Under the pieces are notes generated by a model. The model saw only the letters and a program-made list of their open reading frames with translations. It made no database searches and was not told the DNA's origin. This document shows positions 18,740-37,489 of a stretch of DNA of 64,000 bases, piece after piece. The position numbers and the translations under genes were made by a program. Where the stretch lies: assembly GCF_009914755.1 (NCBI RefSeq), contig NC_060927.1. One strand, given 5' to 3'. Source of the DNA: the human T2T-CHM13v2.0 reference genome, Homo sapiens. Positions within the stretch are counted from its first letter, which is position 1. The number at the start of each line of letters is the position of its first letter.

Positions 18740-19111
18740 GTTCTCCTTGGCTGCCGACATGGTCGGCGCGGCGGCGGCGGCGGCGCAGGCCCAGCCGGCC
18801 TGGCGCTCCCGGCGGGCTAGGGGCTCAGCGCGGCCGCCGCCGCATCCCTCGCCGGCCCTGCCACAGGCCCTGACCGGCCTCCTTCCCTGCGGGCGGCTCG
18901 CTGCACGCGCCGAGGCTCCTGAGCCGCCCGGGCCTCACAGCGCGCGCGACGCCCAGCTCCCGCCCGCACCGCCGCCGCCCAGCCGCCGTGGGCCCAAGGA
19001 CGCGGCCTCGGGCCCGCTGCTTCCCGCTGCGGCCCGCCTCTCAAGCTCCGGTCGCCGCCGTCCCGGCTCGTCCGCGCCGCCACAGCTGCCCTCAGCGCCC
19101 CGCGGCCGCTG
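18740..19111. promoter_or_regulatory. CpG-island-like GC-rich segment, equal to the retroposed MPRIP 5' UTR
   Basis: Very high GC and CpG density, including (GGC)n runs. It drops abruptly to AT-rich DNA at the target-site duplication. Confidence 0.8.
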
Positions 19112-20641
19112 CAAATGACCAATTCTTAAGATATGTGAAAAACCATTCAGTTGTAGCAAACATCATACACCAGAGACTTTGTTTGACATCAGATAAATCA
19201 CACGGGTTAGAGAACTTTTTGGTTTTTAGAGGTCAAGGAATCATTCATCATGAGCTTCCATATTTTGCACATATTTCTGAAAAATATTCCTGAAGTGGAA
19301 AAGTTTTGTTATACAACACATAGTTCCTGGTACATGAGGGAACCCACGAAAAAAGGTATCAGTAAACAGTGTTACAGAACTTCCAATTTAATATATATAT
19401 GTTTTAGTCAAACAGAATTCAAACCCAAGGACAGTTTAGGTGGTGGTCAGACCCAGTGAAGGTGCTGGGAGTGGTATACTTACTCACTTACCTCTTAAAC
19501 ATGCAATGAAAATATTCTACAGCCAAACCCTTATCATAAACTCCAGCCCTGGTCATTCAGCTTCTAAATGCAGTAGGAAATGTCAAGAGATGGTGGATGT
19601 TAACAAGTTATTGAGTACTGTCCCATGTTGGGAGACAGTTCTGTCAAGATGTTGACCTTTTTCTGGAGTACTACAGAGCGTGCATTCCTGAAAACCTCTA
19701 GGGGTTAGGGACAGGTTGTGAATTTGTCAATTGTGAATACGCACATGGTGGCACTATAAAAAGAATTGAAAGTAAATCCCCTATCCCTAACATCAGGTCA
19801 TGCTCTGCCCTGATGGGGACCAGTAGAATTTGCCACAGCTGGATACAGGGAAGGTGTTAACGATTACAGCTGGCTCCACAAGCACCTAGTGGTGCTAGTA
19901 CTTGATCCAGGATAGGACATTTTAGATTTATTATTCACCAAATCATAACAGTCCTCCACTAATATATGCACAGGGTCACTTTACCCAGGTGGATGCCAAG
20001 TAGGGTGAGATGCAGACTCCCTTTTAAGGCATGTGAGTGCTTTACATGAAAACACAATAGGAGAGCAATGTATGACGGCCCACCTTTCTGGCCTGTGGGT
20101 ATTCCTGAAATGATGCCTGGTTAAGACTTGTCAACTGACTAAAATTACAATGTTTTTTCCCCTTAGATGGCCTAGTCCACAAACTTAAAAAGACCTGACC
20201 AACTAGACGTTGATTTCATTTACCCAAATGAGTTAGAATTTCTTTGGCAGATAGATGTCATAATAAAGATTGAAATTGCTGAGTATTTAGGCAATTATGA
20301 CACACAAAAAAACACCCTGATTTCTGAGCAGTGACATTATACTTGACTGAATGAATAGATTTTTGTAGGAAAAAGTATGCTTGTGGATAAGGGCAATAGA
20401 AGCTGGATACAGGCAGGCTGGAATCTATTTTTAACATATATTCTAGTGACCCTTACGTTCTCTAAAATTTGAGAATTACTGGACTAGAATATTAAGGAGT
20501 AATCATTCCTCCCTGGGACCAGATGTAGGGTTAGCAGCTTGAATCAGAATGAATGGCCCCACCCACCCAAATGAAAGAGTAGGTGAAAGGGAAGACTAAG
20601 TAAGTTAAAGATCACAGCTCCCTTAATGTACATGAATATTC

Positions 20642-21040
<399 letters not shown>

Positions 21041-21229
21041 TGAACTTGTGGAGGACTTTTGTCTGAATCTCTTTTTCAATCTCTATACAATGTGGCGGAG
21101 TTGTGCCACCTACATGAGCCAATGGAGAAGAAAGCTCCTGGTATACTTTAAGTACTCAACAATATTAAATACTGAATATTTGTCAATTGACGAAGTACTT
21201 CAAAAGCTTGATTCTCAGACTCCTTCTTA

Positions 21230-22260
21230 GATAAATCATTCCCTAGATTGTCTCATCCTGTCCTGACAACTTCCAAATTTATGTCTTTAGCTGTGATCTC
21301 TTCACGGAAGTCCAGACTCCTATTCCAACTGCCTGTTTGGCATTTCATCTTGGATGTTTAATTGGCATCTTTAACACATCCAAAACAAAACTATTAATCC
21401 CTCTCCCTAAACCTGTTCCTTTCAAGCTACTCGATTTCTAAAAGACCATCCCATGCTAGTTGCTCAGATCAATAACCATGGAGTCATCAGTAACCAACAT
21501 TCAATTCATTAGCAAATCATGCAGGCCATGCCTTCAAAATATATGCAGAACCATTTCTCACTACCTGCATCACTTCTAAGCCTGTCCAAGCCACTATCAG
21601 TCCTCATCTGGAATATTGTAATGGCCTCTTAATCTCCCTGATTCTACTCTTACCCACCTTCAGACCGTTCTCAACAAGACAGCCAAAGCAAACTAAAAAT
21701 ATAAGTCAAAGAGCAAAATTCATGCAAGGTTTATGTTAGAATGGCTAAGGACAGACAGCAAAGAATTCACAGAATTTATAGTAACAGGCTTCTTGGCTTC
21801 TTTCATGTCTCATAGCTAACAAGTCTTTGAATATGTGGTAAGGGAAAAAAAGTTAGATCATGTCGTTCCTCTGTCCCCAAGCCCTCCAGCTGTTATGCAG
21901 AGCAAATCCAAAGCCCTTATCATAGTCTACAAGATCCTAAATGTGCACCTCTCCACCCCACTCCTGATTAAAGAATTTTGCTCCTAATGGCCCACTATGG
22001 GAATACTCTTTCCCCAGATAGCCACATGCTTCAATTGCCCACTTCCTGTCTCTGCCCTCCCTGTCATCTGTAAAATAGTCCCACCACTATCTCCCTCTCT
22101 CCCCTTACTCCCTCTCTCCCCTTACTGCTACGTTCTACATATTTATTTATCATTGTCTCCTTGACTTGAATGTAAACTCAATGGGGCAGAGAGTTCATTT
22201 TCTTCACTACTGTATCCGCAGCGCCTGGAACAGTGAGTGACATAGTAGGCACCCAAAACG
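21230..22260. mobile_element. Degenerate L2-type LINE fragments
   Basis: L2-like wording, for example ctattccaactgcctg...catcttggatgtt and gaatgtaaactc...gcgcctggaacagtg...catagtaggcac. Confidence 0.6.
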
Positions 22261-22419
22261 TCTTTTCATATGCTGCCAATAAACCATAGCTGATCCTGGC
22301 TTTGAGGCTGAATGACCCAGATCTGTGGAAGGAAAGATGACCTCTCTGCTCAGCAACCGGAGCTGGGGGTGTAACTTTAGGGAGTCTCAGCCTGAGGCTG
22401 GCAGCCTGGCCACCCAGAT

Positions 22420-23050
22420 GCTCGGTCTCTTTCCGCCCTAACCAAGCCCCCTGCCCAGCTTCCACCACTTCCAGGGCCCTCCTCACATTGGCTGAAGTCG
22501 CCAAGCCCTTCCATCCAATGATAGGGCAAAGCCCGGAAGGGAGGCAGGGCCAGAGCGTCGGCCGACCGCGCGGGGCTTCTGAGGGGCGGGGGGACTCCAG
22601 CCCGCGGGCACAGAGATGTGGAAACCTCACGAAGCCTAGAAGGGCCGGAGGGACAGGCTGGGAGTTAGCTGGGAGTTGCTGACGCAGTTCCTTCTGCGCT
22701 TTGTTCAAGATGTGGGTCTGGCGCTTTCGGTGAGGGGTGCTCTACAGTCTGGCGTGGGGGGTCGGGCCGGGTTCTGGGAGCGTGTGGGAGACGCAAGCCA
22801 GGAGGCCAGGGCTCCTCTGCGGCTGCCCGCTGCTGAGATGGGCGCGGCAGCCAAGGGGTCGTTGTGGGCCTCCCCTTTCTCTCGTTCAGTGCTGCCCCTT
22901 TGTCTTGGGTCCAGTCTCTGACTCCTCGTAGCTGCTCGCTTGGACCAGGCTGGCCGTGGTGACAGCACTGTGTCGTCCCCGCTCCTAGGCAGTGGGCCTT
23001 CCGGGTAGTAGCGGTCGAGTCCCGCCTAGGCTCTCAGGACTCCACAGCCC
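22420..23050 (+). promoter_or_regulatory. ZNF660: CpG-island promoter and non-coding exon 1 of ZNF660
   Basis: CpG-rich. ATTGG at 22487 and CCAAT at 22515, ETS-like CCGGAA at ~22533, GC box at ~22583, tandem GCTGGGAGTT at 22657 and 22668, and a candidate donor CG|gtgagg after 22729. Confidence 0.75.
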
Positions 23051-23826
23051 CTGAGTATTTGACTCAAATCACCAGTCCAATATCCCTCCCGTTACCAGTG
23101 AGGAACCTGGGGCCCAGAGAAGAGGACGGAGTCTTGCCCAAGGTTACTCATTCATTCATTGATTCATTCAACAAATATTTATTGAGCACTAACCCAGTAG
23201 TGTGCTAGGTCCTGGGGTTATGGTTGTGTACAGGACAGAACTAAATTCTAGTAGGGGAGAAATGAAACAAACTTCAAGGGTTAGAAGCAGAGCCTGGGGA
23301 TCTGGAGGGGGAAACACAAAACATATTTGAGGCTTAGTAATCCTAAGAAATGGGTAAACAGAAAAAAGGAACATTCTTTTTCTAGTGCTCTTTTAAAGAC
23401 TTGTTTCTTTCTGTCTTCCTAAAGACACTTGACTCAGCAAAGTTCTCCCTCTCATCCCCCTTGTGCAGACTTTCTGTGGAAAGCTGGATTGCAAGGAAGT
23501 TCTCCACTGCATTGTATTTTGCAGTTAGATGAGAATATGGAAGCTTTTAGATATCAATGGAGCAGGTGAAAAGGGGAGGCTGTGGTGTGATGGAATTAGG
23601 ATTTCCTGAAGACACAGAAGGCTTTTTAATCACTCACTAGCTATAGGACCTTGGGCAAGTCGTTCAATCCCTGGGAGCTTCATTCCCTCATCTTTACACT
23701 GGAAATGATCCTTCTTACTGCCCACAGTTCTATAGGAAGGGAAGTTACCCAAAGATGGGACACTGCCCTGAGTGTCCACTTGGAATTCAGGGCTCAGAGA
23801 ACTCAGTCATTTATATCTGTTTACAG

Positions 23827-23935
23827 TGACTCAAGACCCTCTTAGGAACTTCTTCACTGAACTCAAGGAGGAGATCAGGCAAGATCTGTGCTGTGCAGAT
23901 CCTTTGGATTGAGGCTGCTGTGCACAGGAATATGG
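23827..23935 (+). other. ZNF660: Candidate non-coding 5' UTR exon of ZNF660
   Basis: Acceptor tctgtttacag| and donor TGG|gtgagt, both close to consensus. A second donor CAG|gtgagg lies at ~23963. Confidence 0.5.
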
Positions 23936-25456
23936 GTGAGTCATTCCATTCTCTCCTGGGCAGGTGAGGCCTAGATTGTGAAGTTAGTCTGGGCACAGGA
24001 ATCCTGCTTGTGGGCACCAGGGTTGAAAGGGAGCTTCTCTCAGTGGTATTTATCAAACAGGAGAAAAGCACTGAAGTGGGCAGGGGGCCTCTGGACCTTG
24101 AGGAGTAGAGTTTTGTTTCAGATGGGAATAAGGGTGATGTAGTAGAACTCAAAATTGGGTGTCATGGGACTTGGATTTGAGTCCCAGCTTTCCTCTAAGT
24201 TCCAAGTTTTCCTTCTGTACATTTGGATATAAGACTGGATAGACTGGGAGGTTCCTTCCAGCTCTGACATACTGAGAGTCTCTGAATAGTGGGACCAGGT
24301 CAATCTCTTAGGGAATTTAGTCCCTGGGATGACTCTGTTGAGACAGAATTGCCAAGAATGCAAATACACCATTATGGTGTTTCCCAGATAATATGAAGCA
24401 CAAAAAGGACAAACATGTAGAGGAGGGATGGTAGTAGTGATGTGTGGATTTGGCTCTCAGCATCCCTATGTGCACTCCAGGTGTTAGAATCTTAAACTTG
24501 TTTAATTTACCATTTCAAATCAAACAATGCTGACTGAGCCCTCTCTGTGTCAGACACCATGTGGTATCTACAGGCAAATCTCATGGGAACTGCTCTCTGA
24601 GGGCATAGAGCTTAATGTATATATTTGAGGATGGACACAGACATACACACAAGCAATTCCAGTATAAGGCAAACTCTATTTTATAGATTTGTTATGGCAT
24701 TTTTTGGAATACAGAAATTTTTATGTGTCAGATATATCAGCTTTTTCACATGGTGTTAGCCTTTCCCTTGAGGCTTAGGCCTTTCTTCTAATTCTTTTTT
24801 TTTCTTGCAATGTTTACATTTCACTTATCCATCCCTTGAATTTATTTTCAGGTATTTCCTCTTATTCCTTACTCCACTGCACCTAATCAATAACCAAGAA
24901 CCATGTAACCATTGCTTAGAGGGACTTGAACAGGCAGATGATGCTGGTGAATTAAAGGAAGACAGCCTCCAAGTAAAGCCTCTCTCTCTCTCTCTCAATA
25001 GGATTCTACCCTTTATGTATTTTTCACAGCCTGAAATGGATGGTGGTCCTAGGATTAGAACACTTACCTACCAGTCTCAGAGATTTGTGGGTTAGAGATC
25101 TGCAGGGCCTTATCAGTCCTCATACATTCACTGGCTGTCTGAGATTTTGCTTTTCTGTACAGTTGCCTAGATACCCCTAGTGTCCTACTGGCCTGTGGCC
25201 TCATGTTTCCCTCCAAACTTCTCCAGCCAAGACCCTACTTCCTTAGTACCTAGGAATTCTTCCAGGATTTCTGAGGGCATTTCCTATCCAATCAGACAGA
25301 AGGGAGCAAATAGGTTTCTTTTTGATCAAACTCTCCTCATTTGGCCCTCTTTGATCTCCTGTCTGGTCCTGCTTCCTCCTCAGCTCCTCCATCACCACCC
25401 TGGGCTTTCTTACAGTGCATCGCTGTGCATTTCTCTTTCTCCCTACCTGCCCCTTT

Positions 25457-26185
<729 letters not shown>

Positions 26186-26244
26186 CTTTTCTAACCCAAA
26201 TCCCTTTCTCAGTAAGCTTATCTGTTTTTTTATTTTTTTAATGT

Positions 26245-26492
26245 ATTTATTTATTTTGAGACAAGTTCTCACTGTCTCCCAGGCTGGAGTGTGGCGGCAT
26301 GATCATAGCTCACTGCAGCCTCGACCTCCCTCAGCCTCCCAAGTAGCTGGGACCACAGGCATATGCCACCACACCTGGCTCACTTTTTAAAATATTTTTA
26401 CCCAGGCTGATCAAACACCTGGGCTCAGGCAGTCCTCCCACCTCACCCTACCAAAGTGCTGGGATTATAGGAGTGAGCCACCGTGCCCGACC
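26245..26492 (-). mobile_element. Alu (AluJ-like, internally deleted)
   Basis: Antisense Alu motifs with missing internal segments. Confidence 0.8.
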
Positions 26493-27917
26493 CTCAGTAA
26501 GTTTATACATTTTCATGACTCCCTCTGTCCTCTCTGTCTTATCATTCTCAAATTTGCCTTCGTGATATATTCCTCTTCACCTTGTCTAAAATGTTTCTGT
26601 GTGTCCCCATCTTGCTTAGTGACACTACCATTCTTGGTATTCAGACATGGATCTGATGACCTTGGATTGTTTCCTTCAGTCCATCCTCTGTATTCAAAGG
26701 AATATGGATGTGTGCGTTATACATCTGGATGCGTTCCTGAAAATAGCTAGACTTCATTGTTCTCTGTTCTCTCATCTTGGATTAGGGTCTTGCTATCTTA
26801 TTCATTTGTTCATTCATTCAACAAACGTTTATTGGGTACCTACAACGTGCCAGACCCTCCAGTGTTCACCTGTACCGCATGACTAGTGTTGTCTCCTAAT
26901 TCATTTCCCTTCCTCTTTTCTTTTTAACCCCCTCTAATCCATCTGGGCTAATCTTCCTAAAGAGTTCTTATCCTAATTTCACTTTTGGGTAGGATAATGC
27001 AAAATTTATTGTCCAAACGGGGATACTGTTGTGAGTTAAGGGAGCCATTATTAAATATGATGCTGGGATAGTAGGCTTAAACTAGCACTATTCTGGGAAA
27101 ACCAGGATATATGATTGCCCTACTTGACATCTCTTGGATTCTTTACTTTCTGTTTCCCTCAATTTACTCCCCATGTGTTATCCCAGCTGCCTCTCTCCTC
27201 TGTTTTCCATTTCATTAAGCTGAGAGAAACGTGAATGTTCTGGGAGGTGGTAGTGGAGGAACTATGGGAACTAGGGGAAGTGCATGGTAATGCTTGAAAA
27301 ACTGTATTGTTAAGTGAGAAAAAGAAGGAAAATAACAAGAGTGGAGAATAGCAAGGTACAAAAAAGAATATAGAATGGAGAAAGAAAATTAAGGATAGAT
27401 TTCACTCTTCTGTTTAGAACTGGTTTCCCTTTGACCATCAGTTTATATCCATATTTTTCATCTTGTAATTTCAGTATTCTGGTTGGAATCACTTCAGGCA
27501 GCTTGATTCTTTCTTCATTTGTTAATTCCAACAACAAAAAATGTTGAGCGCTTACCATGTGCCTGGGACTGTGGTAGTGCTAGGAATACAGGGTAAGCAG
27601 GACGGACAAAATCCCTGCCTACATGAAGTTTATATAATATTATGATCTCCCATTTATTTTCATGTATACCAACCCTGTGCCTTTTTTTTTTTTTTTTTTT
27701 TTTTGAGAAAACACTGCTTATTCTCCAGGGCTCAGCCTAAATTCTGCCTTTTTAAAATGCTTTTCTCCATCATTCCATGCCTTAGTAATTGCTCCCTCCC
27801 TCCCCTAGTCCTCTTCATCTCCTGCTTGCATACATTGTAAATTTGAATTTGCTCTCTTATTGTTTTTCCATACTACTCCATTGTAAGCTCTTTAAGGGAA
27901 GTATGATATTTCATGCT

Positions 27918-28325
27918 TGTATTAGTGTGCTTGGGTTACCATAACAAAATGCCATAAACTGAGTGGCTTAAACAACAGAAACTTATTTTCTCACAGTTCT
28001 GCAGCCTAGAAGTGTGAGATCCATGTGCCTCGCCATTTTGGTTTCTGGTAGGGGGCTCTCATCCTGTCTTGTAGCTGGCCATCTTCTTACTATGTATTCT
28101 CATAGCCTTTATGTGTATGTGTGTGGAGAGAGGGAGAGCATGTAAGAGAACTTTCTTGTGTTTCTTTTTATAAGGACATGAATTCTGTTGGATCAGGGCC
28201 CACCCTTATGACCTCATTTAACCTTAATTATCTCCTTAGAGGCCCCATCTCCAAATACAGTCACATTGGGGGTTAGAGCTTTAACATACAAATGTTAGGG
28301 GGACACAAACATTCAGTCCATGACA
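27918..28325 (-). mobile_element. MaLR solo LTR (MLT1A-like)
   Basis: tgtattagt...ccataacaaaatgccataaactgagtggcttaaacaacagaaa...gggggacacaaacattcagtccatgaca. Confidence 0.8.
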
Positions 28326-28739
28326 ATGCTTCTTTAAATTTTCCCTGTGTTAGACCCAGAACAGGGATATATACAGAGTAGGGTGCTCATTAGTTATGAG
28401 TTTAAGAAATGTATGAAGAAAAGAGAAGTTCCAGAGAAGATTAGAAATTGAAAAGAAATTCAGAAAAAACTATCAACTTTCTCACAGAACTTTGAAGGTG
28501 AGTTCACTTGCTCTACTGCTCTGCATTGCAGTCCCCTGGCTTTGCACTGTTTTCTCCACCTGCTTCATCCTTAATGATTAGGAGAGGTAGCAGCAGCTGG
28601 ATGTGAGTGAGCCCAGGACCCTGGCAAGAATCCACCCTCCCTCACCATTCTCTCTTCCTACCCTTCTTATCTTGGGCATGAGTTTGTGTGTATGTGCCTG
28701 TGTATGGAATCAGTGGCCACCCGCATTTCTGAGATGTGA

Positions 28740-31438
<2,699 letters not shown>

Positions 31439-31852
31439 TTAGATGGCTCCAATTCAGGGAGTAGAGGATGAGGCAGGAAGGAACTAGGGTAGATTTTATA
31501 CGATTCATTGCTTATTCTGATGCTGGACCTGCTGGGCTCCCCTTAGCCCCTGGCTTTCCATAAGCCTTTACATTGGCCTCTATGTTTAACTTCATTTTTG
31601 TCATCTTTTTGATCTGTTCCCCTGCCCTTGAACACTTAACCCTTCCATATGGCTACCACATCTTGTCCGTGGATAGATCTCCTTCCTCTGATACAGAGAA
31701 TAGGTGACATGTGCAATTTCTGTTTCTCCTGTCAGATGGTGAAACTGGGACTGAGGAGGAGTTAATTCCAAAGCATCATTCCTGAAAAATCAGAATCATA
31801 CATACTTTCAAGAGAATTCCACAGAGACATTGCCCAGGAAGTCAAAATTTAG

Positions 31853-32911
<1,059 letters not shown>

Positions 32912-35839
32912 ATAACAAATATTGTGGGTAGTAGGGCTGACTGCTGCTTTTCTAAAAAGTAGTTCTTTAGTATCAACTTTAATTCTACTTCTAAGAATCA
33001 TACTCTACTTCTAAGAAAATAATTAGAAGTAGACAAAGATTAATGAAAGGGATGTTCATGACAGCATCATATACGACTGAAAGAAGAAAACTAGATTTTC
33101 AACATTACAGGGTTGAAATGAATGATGAGCTATCCATATGATGGTTCTGCAGCCATTGCAAACATTTTTAAAGACAATTTAATGCCATGGGGAAATGATT
33201 GGATAAGACGGAAGATAATGACATACAATCCAAAATTTAAAAAAATATTTTTGCATAGGAAAAATTGAGAAGGAAGTAAACCAAAATGTTAACAGTGATC
33301 ATCTCTGGGCGATAGGATTATAGGTGATTTCTATTTTCTTCTGTATACTTTTCTATGCTTTCTAGATTATCTACATGAGAATATACTAATTTTATATGCA
33401 AGAAAAAAAGCACAGTATTTTTTAAATGCAATGAAGACGTGCTTATTTTCACTCAGCAGTGTTATGAAAGGCACGTAGTATATAGAGCCCAAAGCCCTGG
33501 GATTGCACCCTGACACTGGCATTTAGCAGCAGTGGAACCGCGAGCAAGTCCCTTCCTTTTAGAGCGTGTTTCCTGTTAAGTAAAATCATAAACACCGATC
33601 CTTTGTCCTTTTTAGTTTTAAGACAAGCTGACTTTAGAGTTGTCAACAAAATATATAATAACACTGTTAGGTTAAAAGAACACAGCAAAAATTCACTGAA
33701 CCCTCCTTTCCCACAGTTCTGGAAGGATCTGCAGATGATGGAGAACTACCTAGGCTTCATCTTTTCAACATATGTCTACACAACCAGAAAAAAATGAAAT
33801 TGAAACAACTGTAGACTCAAAAACTTCAGATACAGTCACCAGTTAATATAAAACTAGTGGGAGACTCTGCCTTCACATGGTATATAGAGTTTAAAGGCTA
33901 AAAGTACAAACTTTGGGGTTGGAGATATCCATGTTCTAACCCCAGTTCTACCATGAACTAGCTTGTCAGTTTTGGACAAGTCACTTAACTGCTCTGAGCC
34001 TCAGACCTGTGTGTAAAAAAGGAACAATTACCTACCTTACAAGGTTGTTGTGAGGATTAAGTGAGTAATGCATGAAATATATGATAAGCCAGACACGTGG
34101 TAAATGATAAAATCTTAAGTATAGGACATTGTAGCAGTGTTTCTAAACACTTTAGGGAGAGTGATTAAAGAGAATTTTTGTGTAAGGTAGTACTTAGGAT
34201 ATTTTCAGATGTATTGAACAGAATACCAAGTACTAGCAGCCTAGACCTTAAGAACATTGATTGATTGCTTAAGGGGAATCTAGAGGTAAGCAGTGCTATG
34301 TTTGGTTTGGCAACTCAGCACTTCATCACACTTCTCTCTTAACTCCATAATTTTCAGCATGTTGACTTTCATTTTTCATAACCTCATGGTGGCAAGACAG
34401 TGGCCACAGCTGCATCTTGCCTTCACACAACTCCTTCAGATTGGGAACTGGAAAAGGAGCTGAGGCTTTCTCATCTGGTTTCTTCCTTTTGTCACTGAGA
34501 AAAATCTTTCCCTGAAGAAGGGACGGAGAGGTGTTGAGCAATCAATACAACAGATGTTTTCTATCTTCCTCTGCCTTTCTTTATGACCAGTCCTCCTTGA
34601 AGGTCTTAGCCCATCTTCCACCAATATTTAAAACATTTTAAGTGCTTAGCTCAAAGTCACTCTGAAACACTTAGAATCTCCCTATTTTTAACTCAGCCAT
34701 TCCTCTGTGTATACAGTGAATCCCTAAGCCCACTGTTATCTGTCTTATGCACATAGTGAATTAGTGTTTGGGGAATTTTTGATAATATGTTATTTAGTTC
34801 TCCCTCTATTATACAAGAAAATTGAGTGTCATTGAGGTTAGGTGACTGGCTAGTAAGTTGTCGGAGCCAGGATTTGAGCTCAGATCTGACTTTGAAATTC
34901 ATGCTTTCTTCATTATACCAAAGTGCCTCTGCCCACCATGGTGGTTCTGTATGTGAGTGGAAGACCAGTTGGCGTTTTCCCAGGTAGCTGCCTCTATGAA
35001 AGGTGATTGTATCTAACAATTATTTGATATTTGACCATGGTTTTATAGGGAAGATGTTATCAGTGTTCTGTGAATGGGGTTTATGGCCTATCTCTGTACC
35101 TCATAATTTAGTTTTAAGGTATATATATTTCTTTCTTGCTGTTACCGGAAAGAAAGAAGTGAAGGGTGAAGGTTGTATATTTGTGTGAAAAAAAATTACT
35201 GATTTTGTCCTATTTTGATAGGATAGTGGTTTGCACATAATTTGTGATATAATAGTCCTTTGCATGGTCATTCCAAGCAGGGTTTGGAAGGCCTGGAACA
35301 GATTTGTAGCATTCATGGACAAGCCTGGTCTATCATTCCTGAGCAGAATTGTTGATGCTTTATATATTGCTGAGCAGATATTCTCTGACCAAAACATTTT
35401 TTCACCACCATGTCATAGTGCCTAAAACTCTTTATTTAGATAGGCTTTCTTTTTTGTCTTAGAAGACTATGATCTTCAAGAGTATATCTCAAGGAAGGAT
35501 ATGATGCCATCTCATAACCAGAGAACTGAATATAGGAGAGCTTCATATTTCTTGCCCCAGGCAGGCGAGGATTATAGTCTCTTGAGGAGGCCATCACCCA
35601 TCTTCTAGGCTAATACCTGCCTTGAGCTGTAGGAATAAACACTTGACAGTGGGTTCCTGCATCCTTTCAGATAAACATTCAGCTATAATTTGAACTGATC
35701 ACCCACCTTTCTCCGGGAGTCTCCCAGGGTTACCAACTTTTACCTCAGTCAGAGTTTAGGCATGCAGCTCTTACCATCCTTTCAAGCCCTTTCATAATAC
35801 CCTCTGGAAACCAGGAACTGTCTCTTTTAATGTGCTTTC

Positions 35840-36750
<911 letters not shown>

Positions 36751-37382
36751 AAAAACCCAACCCAGTGCTTTTGAAATATATATCACTAAACTACTGTGTA
36801 TTGCTCATTCTTGTTATTTGGTTTCTTGTCTACTCACATTTATTCACTTACAGTTTTAGTACCCTGAATATTCCTGAGGAATATAAAGAGGCAATAATTT
36901 TAGCCACAGACATCCTGGTTATATAGAATTGCTCCTGTGTAGAATAAAAATATATATGCTCTTTTTAGTTGAGAGGAAAATACGAAAATCTCATTTTATA
37001 TAGCCTTGAGTAGAGGGCAATACAAAGAATTCTGCTTAGAGAGGAAAGTGTCGCCCTGGACTTAGAAATCTTTTTTCATAGATGGTGCGTCCTGTGTTAG
37101 GTATTACTTGGAAGAAAATTGAAGTAAAAAACAGCTTTAAGTAACTGAGTAATTAGGATTAATTAGTAGCTGTTGAATCTAAATCCCTTAAGACTAAATT
37201 TCATTGCAGCTCTGTACCCTCAGCAGGACTTCCTTTCTTGATTGTTTTTTCCATTTAATATAAAATTTAAAAGATGCCCATATTGTCAGTTGTTTTTAGT
37301 CGCCAGACTGTCTTTAATAGCCTCTGATGTTATAAAACTGGAGTCATGAAATTGTTTTGCAGGAAGTAGTGATAATTCCTTC

Positions 37383-37388
37383 AATAAA
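37383..37388 (+). terminator. Candidate distal polyadenylation signal for ZNF660 (another AATAAA at 36943-36948)
   Basis: AATAAA followed by a T-rich downstream element at ~37413-37445. Confidence 0.4.
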
Positions 37389-37489
37389 CGTCTGCTATTC
37401 TTATAAATATCACTTTTTTTTTCTTTTTGCTTACTTTCTTTGTTCAGAGTGGGAAAAAAATAGTTCAATCTGCTTTTCTTTAAGTAGCT

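Larger units (their letters stand above)
15017..19111 (-). pseudogene. MPRIPP1: Processed pseudogene of MPRIP (myosin phosphatase Rho-interacting protein), full length with 5' UTR, CDS, 3' UTR segment and poly(A)
   Basis: Intronless MPRIP-like peptides are split across ORFs 17621..18760 (MSAAKENPCRKF..., PH1), 16590..17624 (PH2), 16041..16577 (coiled coil) and 15652..15885 (...FESRDLKKD*). Disablements: two indels at ~17680-17718, TGA at 16590-16592, TAG at 16041-16043 and a frameshift at ~15945. Poly-T at 15017-15035. TSD caaat(a/g)accaattctt at 15001-15016 and 19112-19127. The gene symbol is from memory. Confidence 0.95.

Noticed and set aside
15652-18760. Intact MPRIP gene or full-length retrogene
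   Set aside because: Two in-frame stops and at least three indels prevent a full-length protein.
15628-19293. Long plus-strand ORFs (147-308 aa) over the MPRIP copy
   Set aside because: Antisense shadows of GC-rich coding-derived sequence that is poor in stop codons.
22088-22130. Short direct repeats (ctctctccccttact x2; also tctacttctaagaa x2 at ~32984-33017)
   Set aside because: Ordinary slippage duplications; there is no array or CRISPR-like repeat-spacer structure.
34930-35520. Unique-looking segment with short ORFs, possibly an ancient retroelement or exon
   Set aside because: No convincing domain motif or splice structure was recognisable by eye.
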